Source of the DNA: a virus | Taxonomy: Duplodnaviria > Caudoviricetes | Virus record (IMG/VR): IMGVR_UViG_3300008266_000068 | Location: 1 to 57,973 of that record | DNA length: 57,973 nt | Direction: 5' to 3' (one strand) | Shown here: positions 29,899 through 38,736 of the stretch, one piece after another | Layout of the letters: each line of letters starts with the position of its first letter | Numbering within the stretch: the first letter of the stretch is position 1 | Position numbers and translations under genes: made by a program | Notes under the pieces: generated by a model | What the model was told of the DNA's origin: nothing | What the model saw: the letters and a program-made list of their open reading frames with translations, nothing else | Databases searched by the model: none

Positions 29899-31557
29899 TT
29901 AATCAATAATATAAAATATTGTTCTTTTTAAATTAATAACTCTTACTTTACCAGATATCGATACGTAATTAGTACCAGATAAAGTTATGTTTATTATACC
30001 AGTTATTTGCTGTTCAGTAGTGTTTTGAATATCGATTTTACCACTCTGTGTTTGATTAGTAGTATTGCGAATTAATATTGCACCAATAATATTTTCATTT
30101 ATTACTTTTTGTATTCTTGTAATACCAGCAATATCTTGATTAATGATTTTATTTATTCTTACAACACCTGATTGATTTTGATCGACTGCTTTTTGAATGC
30201 GAACAATACCAGCGATATTATTATCAACTACTTTTTGTATTCTTACAATAGCAGGTTGAGTAACTTCAACTGTTTTTCGAATATCGATTTTACCAGTTTG
30301 TATTACATTAATTACTTTACGTATCCTTACAGTACCAGTTTGATTAACATCTATTGTTTTATTTATTCTTACAACGCCAGTTATCTGCTGTTGTGTAGTA
30401 TTTCTTATACAAATTTTACCAGATATAAATACTTGTCCTGCTGTTGAAATATATATTTTACCAGTAATTATTTGATCAGTAGTATTTCTAATATTAATGA
30501 TACCTACTTGCGTAGAATTAATTATTTTTTGAACACGTATTTTACCTGTTTGAGTAACATCAACTTGTTTTTGTACTCTTATTAAACCAGTTTGATTATT
30601 ATTGGTTGTATTACGAATATTTATTTTACCTGTTTGATTTACAGATATTATTTTTTGAATGCTTACAGTACCAATTTGATTTACAGATATTATTTTTTGA
30701 ATTCTTGTTTTACCTGTAATCGATACATCAATTATTTTTTGAATCCTTATTACACCTACTTGCGATGTATCGACAGATTTTTGAATACGTATAACACCTA
30801 TTTGATAGCGATCAGTAGCTTTTCGAATATCTACCTTACCTACAATTGTTTGCTGTGTAGTATTACGAACATTAATTATACCCGCTTGTGTAGTATTAAT
30901 TATTTTTTCAATACGAACAATACCAGTTATTATAACATCTACAGTTTTTTGAATACGAACTTTACCGGTTTGAGTTTGAGCAGTAGTATTTCTTACATTT
31001 ACCTTACCAGTAATAATTTGATTAGTAGTATTACGAACATTAATTTTACCGGTAATTGTTTGATCAACTGAGTTTATGATATTAACTTTACCAGTTTGAT
31101 TTTGATCAATTACTTTTCTTATTCGTATAATACCTAAAATAGTTTGTTCTACTACTTTCTGTATTCTTATAATACCGGGCTGAGTAACTTCTACAGATTT
31201 GCGAATACGTATAACTCCTGTTATTGTACTTTCTATTGTTTTTCTAATTCGTATAATACCAAGCTGAGTTCTCTCAGTTGTGTTACGAATACTAACTATA
31301 CCAACTTGAGTTGCATTAATAATTTTTTGAATTCTCGTTATACCTGTTATTGTAGTATTAACAGTCTTATTAATTCGTATAACACCGGTTTGATTAACAT
31401 CAACAGATTTTTGAATGCGAACTTTACCAATCTGTGTAGTATCGATTATTTTTTGAATACGAACAATACCACTTTGTGTAACATCTACAGTGGTATTTGC
31501 AGTCTTATATTTTAATATAAGTGGTTTAAACGGTTGCGATCTTCCTAACCTTGCCAT
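29899..31557 (-). CDS. 14-aa tandem-repeat protein (fibre/scaffold-like)
   Basis: About 37 repeats of consensus G-[IKV]-[IV]-R-I-[QR]-[KN]-x-[IVT]-[DN]-x-[TN]-[QI]-T. Confidence 0.8.
   Translation of the reverse strand: MARLGRSQPFKPLILKYKTANTTVDVTQSGIVRIQKIIDTTQIGKVRIQKSVDVNQTGVIRINKTVNTTITGITRIQKIINATQVGIVSIRNTTERTQLGIIRIRKTIESTITGVIRIRKSVEVTQPGIIRIQKVVEQTILGIIRIRKVIDQNQTGKVNIINSVDQTITGKINVRNTTNQIITGKVNVRNTTAQTQTGKVRIQKTVDVIITGIVRIEKIINTTQAGIINVRNTTQQTIVGKVDIRKATDRYQIGVIRIQKSVDTSQVGVIRIQKIIDVSITGKTRIQKIISVNQIGTVSIQKIISVNQTGKINIRNTTNNNQTGLIRVQKQVDVTQTGKIRVQKIINSTQVGIINIRNTTDQIITGKIYISTAGQVFISGKICIRNTTQQQITGVVRINKTIDVNQTGTVRIRKVINVIQTGKIDIRKTVEVTQPAIVRIQKVVDNNIAGIVRIQKAVDQNQSGVVRINKIINQDIAGITRIQKVINENIIGAILIRNTTNQTQSGKIDIQNTTEQQITGIINITLSGTNYVSISGKVRVINLKRTIFYIID
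29935..31490. repeat. 42-nt-period coding tandem repeat
   Basis: 14-codon periodicity; near-exact copies such as tttgatttacagatattattttttgaat at ~30633 and ~30675. Confidence 0.8.
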
Positions 31558-31616
31558 TTTATTGTATTAATATAATAATCATTGTATTGATTATTTAAAA
31601 ATTATTCACTATTTTA

Positions 31617-32840
31617 TTACCTTAAAGATGCTCTACGTATTGCTTGTATAGTTTGAAAAATTTTATTTGGAATTGAATTTACAACTTCTGCAAATTCCGC
31701 TTCAATCATAATACCTCTCCAATATTGATCTGGAGTGGCATCACTTGAATATCCAAATCTCGCCCGTATATTATTAAAATTACCTGCACCACTTACTACA
31801 GTCCATGCCCCACCTGTAGGTGCTAAAGCATAATGTTTTCTAACATACCTATCTGTTATAACTCCAGCTACCGAACCTCGGTTTGCAACAGCACTTTCTG
31901 TTCCGTTATCGTTTAACTTAGTTTGAAAAAGACCTGTAGCTGTTGATGCTTGTCTATCTGCCGTTATTACTTCAACAGCTCTTGGTGCTACTGTAGGTGT
32001 ACTTATTCCTGATGCTGGACCAAATATAACTTCAGCATAAAGAGTTGAAGCTGCGGTTTGATGGTTAACAAGTCTGGTATTATCTGTTAATCCTCCTAAT
32101 AATGGAACACCGTTTACCCAATTCCATACATCTGTTGCTCCCGCTACGTTTCCACCACCAGTAGGTGCGGCAATTGTACCTTTTACTATTGTTGTTGTTG
32201 TGGCTGTATGCGTTCCATCAGATGTTGGTACAAAATGCTCCACTTTACCTGCGCCTAATGGATAATCAGCTACAGTATTTGAAGCGAGTATATCATCTAT
32301 AAAAACATCTCCTGTCCAATTACTAACGTCTTGTTCGAGAATCCTAATTGTAGTATTAACTTGTAAACCTGTTGCAAATGATACTTGACTACAAGCAACC
32401 CCATTTACTTGAACATCTATTAAATGAGGATTAGCTGAGCTGTCTATTTTTACATCAATACGATACCACTGACCAGTAACAACACTTACTCCCGTTGTTC
32501 CTAGTGTATTTCCAAAAGCAGCACATATTTCTTGTGTAGATGTTTTATAAACTGCACCGCCCGATTGCACTGTTCCTAGCATAAGAACCCAACCTTGTAT
32601 AGTTGTAGGCAATGTAGCAAAATAAACATAACATCTCATTGCTACAGTAGTGCTGGCAAGAACAGAAGCACTACGAATATTAGTCATTTGTGCACTAGGA
32701 TTGGCTCTTAAGCTTCTTGCACCAGACCTTACAGTTGATGTGCTAATTGTTGCTGAATGAGTGCCAGCATTAGCCCAATGTTGCCCAGCAGAACCTAATT
32801 GCCCGCATTCAAAACCACAACAAAATACCGGAGTTGCCAT
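31617..32840 (-). CDS. Concanavalin/LamG-like beta-sandwich virion protein (putative receptor-binding)
   Basis: FCCGFE...STVRSGARSLR...TGQWYRIDVKID...VQVNG...VFIDDI pattern; Thr/Ala/Gly rich; higher GC than flanks. Confidence 0.55.
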   Translation of the reverse strand: MATPVFCCGFECGQLGSAGQHWANAGTHSATISTSTVRSGARSLRANPSAQMTNIRSASVLASTTVAMRCYVYFATLPTTIQGWVLMLGTVQSGGAVYKTSTQEICAAFGNTLGTTGVSVVTGQWYRIDVKIDSSANPHLIDVQVNGVACSQVSFATGLQVNTTIRILEQDVSNWTGDVFIDDILASNTVADYPLGAGKVEHFVPTSDGTHTATTTTIVKGTIAAPTGGGNVAGATDVWNWVNGVPLLGGLTDNTRLVNHQTAASTLYAEVIFGPASGISTPTVAPRAVEVITADRQASTATGLFQTKLNDNGTESAVANRGSVAGVITDRYVRKHYALAPTGGAWTVVSGAGNFNNIRARFGYSSDATPDQYWRGIMIEAEFAEVVNSIPNKIFQTIQAIRRASLR

Positions 32841-32843
32841 AGT

Positions 32844-33182
32844 TTACATATTTATAGTTATTCTTGGTGCTTGAGCTTCTATAGCATCCTGCCCTGTCTG
32901 ATTTTCAGAAGTTGCTACATATCCTATATAAGTTACAAAAGTAGAACTACCCCATGCTTTAGGATCAAATGTCTTTGAACCTGTCAATGGTGGTGCAATA
33001 GTAGGATTTTGTGTTGCACTCCATGATTCGATAGCAACCACAGAACTTGATGCCATAAGTTTCTTACCATAAACGATAGAGATTGTTAACGACCAAGGCT
33101 TCCCATCAAATACTGCATTCCAAGATACTGTATGAGTACCATTAGGATTCTTTATTGCTGTTAATGTTAATGAATTTGCCAT
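32844..33182 (-). CDS. Hypothetical beta-rich protein
   Basis: 112-aa ORF within the neck-inserted module. Confidence 0.55.
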   Translation of the reverse strand: MANSLTLTAIKNPNGTHTVSWNAVFDGKPWSLTISIVYGKKLMASSSVVAIESWSATQNPTIAPPLTGSKTFDPKAWGSSTFVTYIGYVATSENQTGQDAIEAQAPRITINM

Positions 33183-33226
33183 TTTTATTTGATTTAAATG
33201 TTAAAAGAAGTGACTGAATAGGCTAA

Positions 33227-33727
33227 TTACTCCTCCCAAATAATATAACAAATTGCATTAACAGCAGCGGCAGCTTTTACTCTTACCCTTAAAATTGTTG
33301 ATACAGGAACTTCAGGTTCTCTACCTAATGGAAATTGTTTTATGTATTGGTTTGTTGGTGCAACTAATTGACAGTCTAACATTCTTGTTGCAGCTACAGT
33401 TCCTTCGGCAGAAGCTGTATAACCTGTTCCAGCCACGCCTAACGTCATATTACTTGCTGGAGCAGTTGCATCTTCAAATGGAGGAACACCTGCTGCCACA
33501 TGTGCCGTAACAGTTGCTGCTACCGCTGCTGTAGTTAAAAGTTCACAAAGAATTGGTGTTGCTGCTGCACTACCGTCAAATGATATTCCCCATTCAACGA
33601 TTTTTATTTTCATTGTTGCCGGAACCTGAATTTGCAGCATCGTTTTTATGTTAGTACCAGTCGTAACAGCAACTTGTGAAGCAGTCGTTGGTGCTGGACC
33701 ATTGAAGGCTATATATAACTTACCCAT
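33227..33727 (-). CDS. Hypothetical structural protein (Ala/Thr-rich beta-sandwich)
   Basis: 166 aa, Ala/Thr/Val rich, ends ICYIIWEE. Confidence 0.6.
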   Translation of the reverse strand: MGKLYIAFNGPAPTTASQVAVTTGTNIKTMLQIQVPATMKIKIVEWGISFDGSAAATPILCELLTTAAVAATVTAHVAAGVPPFEDATAPASNMTLGVAGTGYTASAEGTVAATRMLDCQLVAPTNQYIKQFPLGREPEVPVSTILRVRVKAAAAVNAICYIIWEE

Positions 33728-33751
33728 AGTTATTGTTTTTAAAAAATTAAT

Positions 33752-34165
33752 TTATGATATTTCAAATATACGTTTATGATTTTTTCCAGTTTCATCATTA
33801 GCTTGCCACCCAAAACGATACCAAATTTGATGCGATAATTCTTCAAAATCAACGTTAAAATTTCTTTTATGTTTTCTAAAAAATATCACTCTGTAATTAG
33901 ATAAAACAACATCGTTTTCTTCATTACCAATTACAGGACAGGCAATTTCAAAACCGTTGATAAAAAAAGTACCAGTCAATAAATTAACTTCAAAAATATT
34001 TACTGTATCAGTTAATTGAAAAGCAATAAGTTTTTTACCTTTTTCAATCATCTGTAATACATCATAAAACGCAGATTTTTTATCATTAATACTTGAAACG
34101 TCATTATGATCTTGATATAACGACGTTTCATCATCAAATTTTGCGATAAATAAATATTTTAACAT
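33752..34165 (-). CDS. Hypothetical protein (possible assembly chaperone)
   Basis: 137 aa, charged/aromatic composition unlike its fibre-type neighbours. Confidence 0.55.
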   Translation of the reverse strand: MLKYLFIAKFDDETSLYQDHNDVSSINDKKSAFYDVLQMIEKGKKLIAFQLTDTVNIFEVNLLTGTFFINGFEIACPVIGNEENDVVLSNYRVIFFRKHKRNFNVDFEELSHQIWYRFGWQANDETGKNHKRIFEIS

Positions 34166-34188
34166 TGTATTGTTTTTTTAAATAAAAA

Positions 34189-34740
34189 TTAATTTTCCTG
34201 ATATTGAAGTGTTAACGTAACTGTCGCTGAATCACCTGCGGCGGCACTACCTGCAGTTTGCATTTGTGTTGTTAAGTAATTTGTAAAACATGGATTAGTT
34301 GCCATTGACGTAGCTTTACCTGTTGCTTCAGGACCTGTTGCACCAAAACATACACCTACTCCAGAACCAATTGCAATTACTGTTGTCATATCTGTTGTTA
34401 GAAGTGCATTTGCAGTTGTAGAAGGTGTTGTATATAACAATCTACTTGCATCGTTAGTACAAGCAGGTGTACCTTTTAACGTTAACCCAGTACCTAATAC
34501 ACCGGCTGTATGCGCAAATAATCCACCAAGAATTAAATTAAAAGTACCGGTAAATCTACCAAACTGCCATTTTTCAAAACTGTTACTACCTGCAGTAACA
34601 GGATTTGACGTATACGCAGTAGTGCTATCGTCGATATTTTTCCAGTTAACTTCTGCACGTGTACCAGTACGTGTTGTACCTTTTGTAGGTGAACCAGTTT
34701 GTGTTCCGTTATCTTCCTGCCATTCAAATGTTGCTGCCAT
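34189..34740 (-). CDS. Hypothetical structural protein (Thr/Gly-rich, possible fibre subunit)
   Basis: 183 aa, Thr/Gly/Ala rich, ends VTLTLQYQEN. Confidence 0.6.
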   Translation of the reverse strand: MAATFEWQEDNGTQTGSPTKGTTRTGTRAEVNWKNIDDSTTAYTSNPVTAGSNSFEKWQFGRFTGTFNLILGGLFAHTAGVLGTGLTLKGTPACTNDASRLLYTTPSTTANALLTTDMTTVIAIGSGVGVCFGATGPEATGKATSMATNPCFTNYLTTQMQTAGSAAAGDSATVTLTLQYQEN

Positions 34741-34745
34741 AATAT

Positions 34746-35285
34746 TTATGTTTTTATTATTTTTAACGATATTAAAACTCTTGTAATTAAAGAACTCGAT
34801 AACACGTTAAATCTTAGTATATCATCTTTTAATAAATCATCATCCCAACCAATTATTGTATTATCTGTCGATTTCAAAGCGTTTGTAATTGTTGGAGTAG
34901 CTGATGCAGTAATTGAATTAAATCCACCGGGATAATTTACAAAATTACTTTTTTCAATATCTACTACTATACTACCTTGTTGATCGGCAATCAAATTTAC
35001 TTCTTTTATTTGACAATTAAAAGGAACAATTATATCTCCTTGTAAACCAGTTTGAACTATTCCACCACCACCATATATTATAAATCCTAAAGCAGAATCA
35101 AATCCTAAAAATGGAATTGTTCTTATAAATCCGTTATCTTTATATTTTAATCTACCAGAAGTTTGATTATACCAAAACTGCCCTTCAAGTGGCGATATAG
35201 GATCTGACGCTACTAAATCAATAACAACGTTTTTAAGTTGATTGTTTTTTAAATTAATATCTACTTCAAATTCTTCTTCTGCCAT
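34746..35285 (-). CDS. Fibre adaptor-like protein
   Basis: N-terminal DINLKNNQLKNVVIDLVASDPISPLEGQFWYN motif typical of fibre N-termini, followed by a beta-sandwich. Confidence 0.55.
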   Translation of the reverse strand: MAEEEFEVDINLKNNQLKNVVIDLVASDPISPLEGQFWYNQTSGRLKYKDNGFIRTIPFLGFDSALGFIIYGGGGIVQTGLQGDIIVPFNCQIKEVNLIADQQGSIVVDIEKSNFVNYPGGFNSITASATPTITNALKSTDNTIIGWDDDLLKDDILRFNVLSSSLITRVLISLKIIKT

Positions 35286-35286
35286 T

Positions 35287-36354
35287 TTATTGCAATATTA
35301 CTTTTCCTGAAATTGAATTATTTGCCGTTATCCTAACAACTGTTGTACTAATATTTTCAACCTTTGCTTGAATTTGTTTCCCATTAATATCAAAAATCGA
35401 TACATCTGGATATCTACCAAAATTATGAGTAATATTAATTACAGTTTGATTTGTAAAACTATATACTACAGTAGGTAACGTTATTAAATTAACTGTATTT
35501 ATTATTAATACACTTTGTCCACCACCGTCGTTAGAATTATCGCCAATTAAAATAGTTTCTTTAGTAACTGATCCATCAGGTACAAAAGAATTATCAATAA
35601 TTCTATCAGCAGTTAAATTTTGCATATCTGCTATATAATGCGCACGTTGTGCAGTAGCAGAAACAGGTAAGCTTTCTAATTCTTTACCCGGGTGTTTTCT
35701 CCAACTCTGCATTGTTTCCCTCCCCATTTCAAGTATATGATATTGAGGCGCGTGATAATATTTTATAGTAAGTCCTAATTCAGGATTGTCAGTAAAAATA
35801 GTTTTAATACCGTTATCGATAATTCTTACTACATTATTTTCAATTGAATAATGTATACCTAATTCTAATCTTGTAAATGCATTGTTGTTATCAACATACA
35901 TAGCGCAATAAAGAATTGATTTAATATTATATACAGTATAAGAAAACATTACTCCATCTTGTATTTGAAAATGAAGAACTTCATTAAATATAGAATTTCC
36001 ATCTAACAATGTAATTCTATCCATGTAACTTATTTTTTCATCTTCTATCGCAGAAATATTTATCATTCCACGAACCTTTTCACTCCAGTCTCTAAATTCA
36101 GTTACGGCGTTTACTTTCGTAATCACCATTCGTGTTTCTTTTTTATTTATAAATACCCATCCAGTTCCAGCGCAGTTTCTACAAGTTGATTGCTGATTTG
36201 AAGTTGTACTTTTACAAGGACATTGAATAGCGCTTTCATGAATTACTGTTCTTCCATGTTGCCATATTAACGTATCAAACAAATTATCATCTAAGTATGT
36301 ACCTGATGCTGTGTTTGCGTTTTGTGGTGGCGTTTTTGCTATTACAGTTGCCAT
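35287..36354 (-). CDS. Neck/head-closure protein with C-terminal fibre-attachment-like domain
   Basis: CPC...CRNCAGTGW motif of Herelleviridae-like neck proteins; C-terminal ITHNFGRYPDVSIFD...SGKVIL extension. Confidence 0.65.
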   Translation of the reverse strand: MATVIAKTPPQNANTASGTYLDDNLFDTLIWQHGRTVIHESAIQCPCKSTTSNQQSTCRNCAGTGWVFINKKETRMVITKVNAVTEFRDWSEKVRGMINISAIEDEKISYMDRITLLDGNSIFNEVLHFQIQDGVMFSYTVYNIKSILYCAMYVDNNNAFTRLELGIHYSIENNVVRIIDNGIKTIFTDNPELGLTIKYYHAPQYHILEMGRETMQSWRKHPGKELESLPVSATAQRAHYIADMQNLTADRIIDNSFVPDGSVTKETILIGDNSNDGGGQSVLIINTVNLITLPTVVYSFTNQTVINITHNFGRYPDVSIFDINGKQIQAKVENISTTVVRITANNSISGKVILQ

Positions 36355-36371
36355 TTATTAATAATGTATTT

Positions 36372-37406
36372 TTATTTTTTAGTATCTACTTTTTTATCGT
36401 GAATATCTGCGTACTTTTTATAATAAGAAGAAACTTTTTCTTTATTAACTTTAAAACCACCATCAACGAATTCATCTGAAAAATTATTATTTATCCAATT
36501 ACCAGCTTTTAATTTTTCAACTTCATCTAACGATTCAACTCCTCCTAATCGTTTAACTGTATCACAGTGAGTAACAAAATTTTTCGCAGATTTTTTTAAA
36601 TTGATATGATGATCATTAATTAATTTATTATAATCATCGTGTGATATTTTTCCTGAAGCTAATTTTTCTGCGTATTCAGATATCTTTTTTGCACTTTCTT
36701 TTCTTTCATTATCGTGATGTTGAAGTGCATAATAATGATGCGCAATTTTTTCACCATTTGACATTGATTCGTAATCGTCAACCGATCCCGCTTTTAATTC
36801 ATCGTCGCGAATTATTTTTTTATCTGTTTTTGCTTTTTCCAATTCATCATCTTCAGATTTTCTTAACGAATTACTTGGACGTGGACTATCCCAATGTATT
36901 ACACCTTTTATTTCACCTCGTTGTTTCGCCTGTATTAAAGCTGCAGGTACTGGTTCATCACTTTGTTTATGAATTTCTGGACCTATATCGTTTTTACCGA
37001 TTTGATCGTTTATTTTTCTTAATTCTTCTTTCTTTTTTTCAATATCTTCATCTATTTTATTTAATTCATTTCCGTATTCATTGTGTTTACCATCAGCTTC
37101 CCATTTAGCATTCCACTTATCACCATGTTGTTGTTGATATTCACCAGCTTCAGAATTCATATCCCAATCAACTCTTTCACGATCTGCTTCAAGATCTTTA
37201 AGATCTTCAACTTTTTCACGTGCAATATCTGCTAACTCTGATATTCTTTTTTCTTGATTATTGTAATTTGTATTTCTATATACATAAACCCAATAACCTT
37301 TTTCGCCAATATATTTTCTAATATATTTTGTTTGTTTACTTTTTTCAAAATAACCACTTTCAATGGCTAATTTTTGCATCTGTAAAAATTGTGTACCGTA
37401 CAACAT
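36372..37406 (-). CDS. Putative internal head protein
   Basis: FEKS followed by KQTKYIRKYIGEKGYWVYVY, plus LRKS/LEKA sites; highly charged; lies in the head operon. Confidence 0.55.
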   Translation of the reverse strand: MLYGTQFLQMQKLAIESGYFEKSKQTKYIRKYIGEKGYWVYVYRNTNYNNQEKRISELADIAREKVEDLKDLEADRERVDWDMNSEAGEYQQQHGDKWNAKWEADGKHNEYGNELNKIDEDIEKKKEELRKINDQIGKNDIGPEIHKQSDEPVPAALIQAKQRGEIKGVIHWDSPRPSNSLRKSEDDELEKAKTDKKIIRDDELKAGSVDDYESMSNGEKIAHHYYALQHHDNERKESAKKISEYAEKLASGKISHDDYNKLINDHHINLKKSAKNFVTHCDTVKRLGGVESLDEVEKLKAGNWINNNFSDEFVDGGFKVNKEKVSSYYKKYADIHDKKVDTKK

Positions 37407-37416
37407 AATTTTTTAT

Positions 37417-38232
37417 TTAAGCTACTGTAAACGAAAAATCTCCGTAAATACTTCTAAGATTTTCTAACATTCCCGGTTTACCTCCAGAACCATTCAACAT
37501 CTCTGCGCTTTGTTTTATTAACGGAGAAAACAATAAAGAATTTGAATTTTGAATTGATGATAATGATTGACTTAATCCATCAATAGAAATCGATTGAGAA
37601 GCAGTTGCAAAAAACGGGTTCATACCTGTACTGAGAAAAGTTAATAAACCAATTGTCGATAACAACGCTGCACAAAATAAAATATCGTTTGGTATTTGCC
37701 ACGAATCCCAACCAGTTACGTAAGTACATTTCCAGTAATTTGGAATTTGTTGAGAATTTAAATAACCTAAATGAGGATATAAACCTTGAAACGCTACACC
37801 CATATTTTGTACATACGCAGATTGATTAGGTATAACGTTAATGTGTTTATGAAAACCTATTTGATCATTTGTTTTTTTAACAGTCAACCAATCTTTTGGA
37901 TATTGTACTTGTCTTATCGCGCCTATATAACCATCCATTGAACTTACACATGCAACAAAATAAGTAGTTTTTACAAAACCCCATTTTGACCAATCAGTTC
38001 TATTAAATTCACGATCTTCTTCTATTACTTGCTTTAATATTTTTATAGCTAAGTAATTTTCAAGATATGAAATAGAATTTTTTAAATGTGTTTCAAATGT
38101 TGAATAAGGTATTGGCTGATTATTTCTATCAACAAAATTAATACCTTGTAAATATTCTGAAACAAATTGACTTACGGGAAGAACCGTTTGCAGATTTTTC
38201 CCGTAAGATGATTGATAATTTAGAGTAGGCAT
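37417..38232 (-). CDS. Head-tail adaptor protein
   Basis: Two genes after capsid; YVTGW...IPNDIL and SQSISIDGLSQS motifs. Confidence 0.7.
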   Translation of the reverse strand: MPTLNYQSSYGKNLQTVLPVSQFVSEYLQGINFVDRNNQPIPYSTFETHLKNSISYLENYLAIKILKQVIEEDREFNRTDWSKWGFVKTTYFVACVSSMDGYIGAIRQVQYPKDWLTVKKTNDQIGFHKHINVIPNQSAYVQNMGVAFQGLYPHLGYLNSQQIPNYWKCTYVTGWDSWQIPNDILFCAALLSTIGLLTFLSTGMNPFFATASQSISIDGLSQSLSSIQNSNSLLFSPLIKQSAEMLNGSGGKPGMLENLRSIYGDFSFTVA

Positions 38233-38262
38233 AAAATATTTTTAATACAAATTTAAAAACAA

Positions 38263-38631
38263 TTATTCCTGATCTTTCTTTTCTTCAGCAGCTGCATTTA
38301 ATTTATCTGCAATATAAATTACTAAATCATCTTTTTTAAGTGCTTTCCATTCTTCTTCAGGAAATTCCTTTGCAATTTCTTTTAAATCACTCATCCGCAT
38401 TTTTTGCAATTCAGCAAGACGACCAGCAGGTGTAGATGTTTCAGGAGATGCTGATTTTTCAGCTTCGTCACTACTTAACGATAATCTACCTGAACAAGCT
38501 TCTAATAGCTCATAACAAGCATCTTCGTCATCATGTTCAAATGATCCGTTTTCATCAAACGTAACTTCACCTACAAAAGGAAATGTTACTTTATTTAATC
38601 TGTCGTGTGGATTTTTTGAAAAGATTTTCAT
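38263..38631 (-). CDS. Small protein with Rho-N/HeH-like C-terminal motif
   Basis: LQKMRMSDLKEIAKE...LKKDDLVIYI; directly downstream of capsid gene. Confidence 0.55.
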   Translation of the reverse strand: MKIFSKNPHDRLNKVTFPFVGEVTFDENGSFEHDDEDACYELLEACSGRLSLSSDEAEKSASPETSTPAGRLAELQKMRMSDLKEIAKEFPEEEWKALKKDDLVIYIADKLNAAAEEKKDQE

Positions 38632-38671
38632 ATACTTTTATTTTTTAGTTTTATAATAATATAAAAATAAT

Positions 38672-38708
38672 AAAAAAGGGCGATTCCAAATAGGAACCGC
38701 CTCTTTTT
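38672..38708 (-). terminator. Intrinsic terminator after major capsid gene (possibly bidirectional)
   Basis: AGAGGCGGTTCC-TATTT-GGAATCGCCCT stem-loop with T tracts on both strands. Confidence 0.8.
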
Positions 38709-38736
38709 ATTAAATGAAGAAACCAGGGAATTTAAA

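Noticed and set aside
29899-31557. CRISPR array or non-coding repeat
   Set aside because: Repeats are degenerate, in-frame 42-nt coding units without unique spacers.
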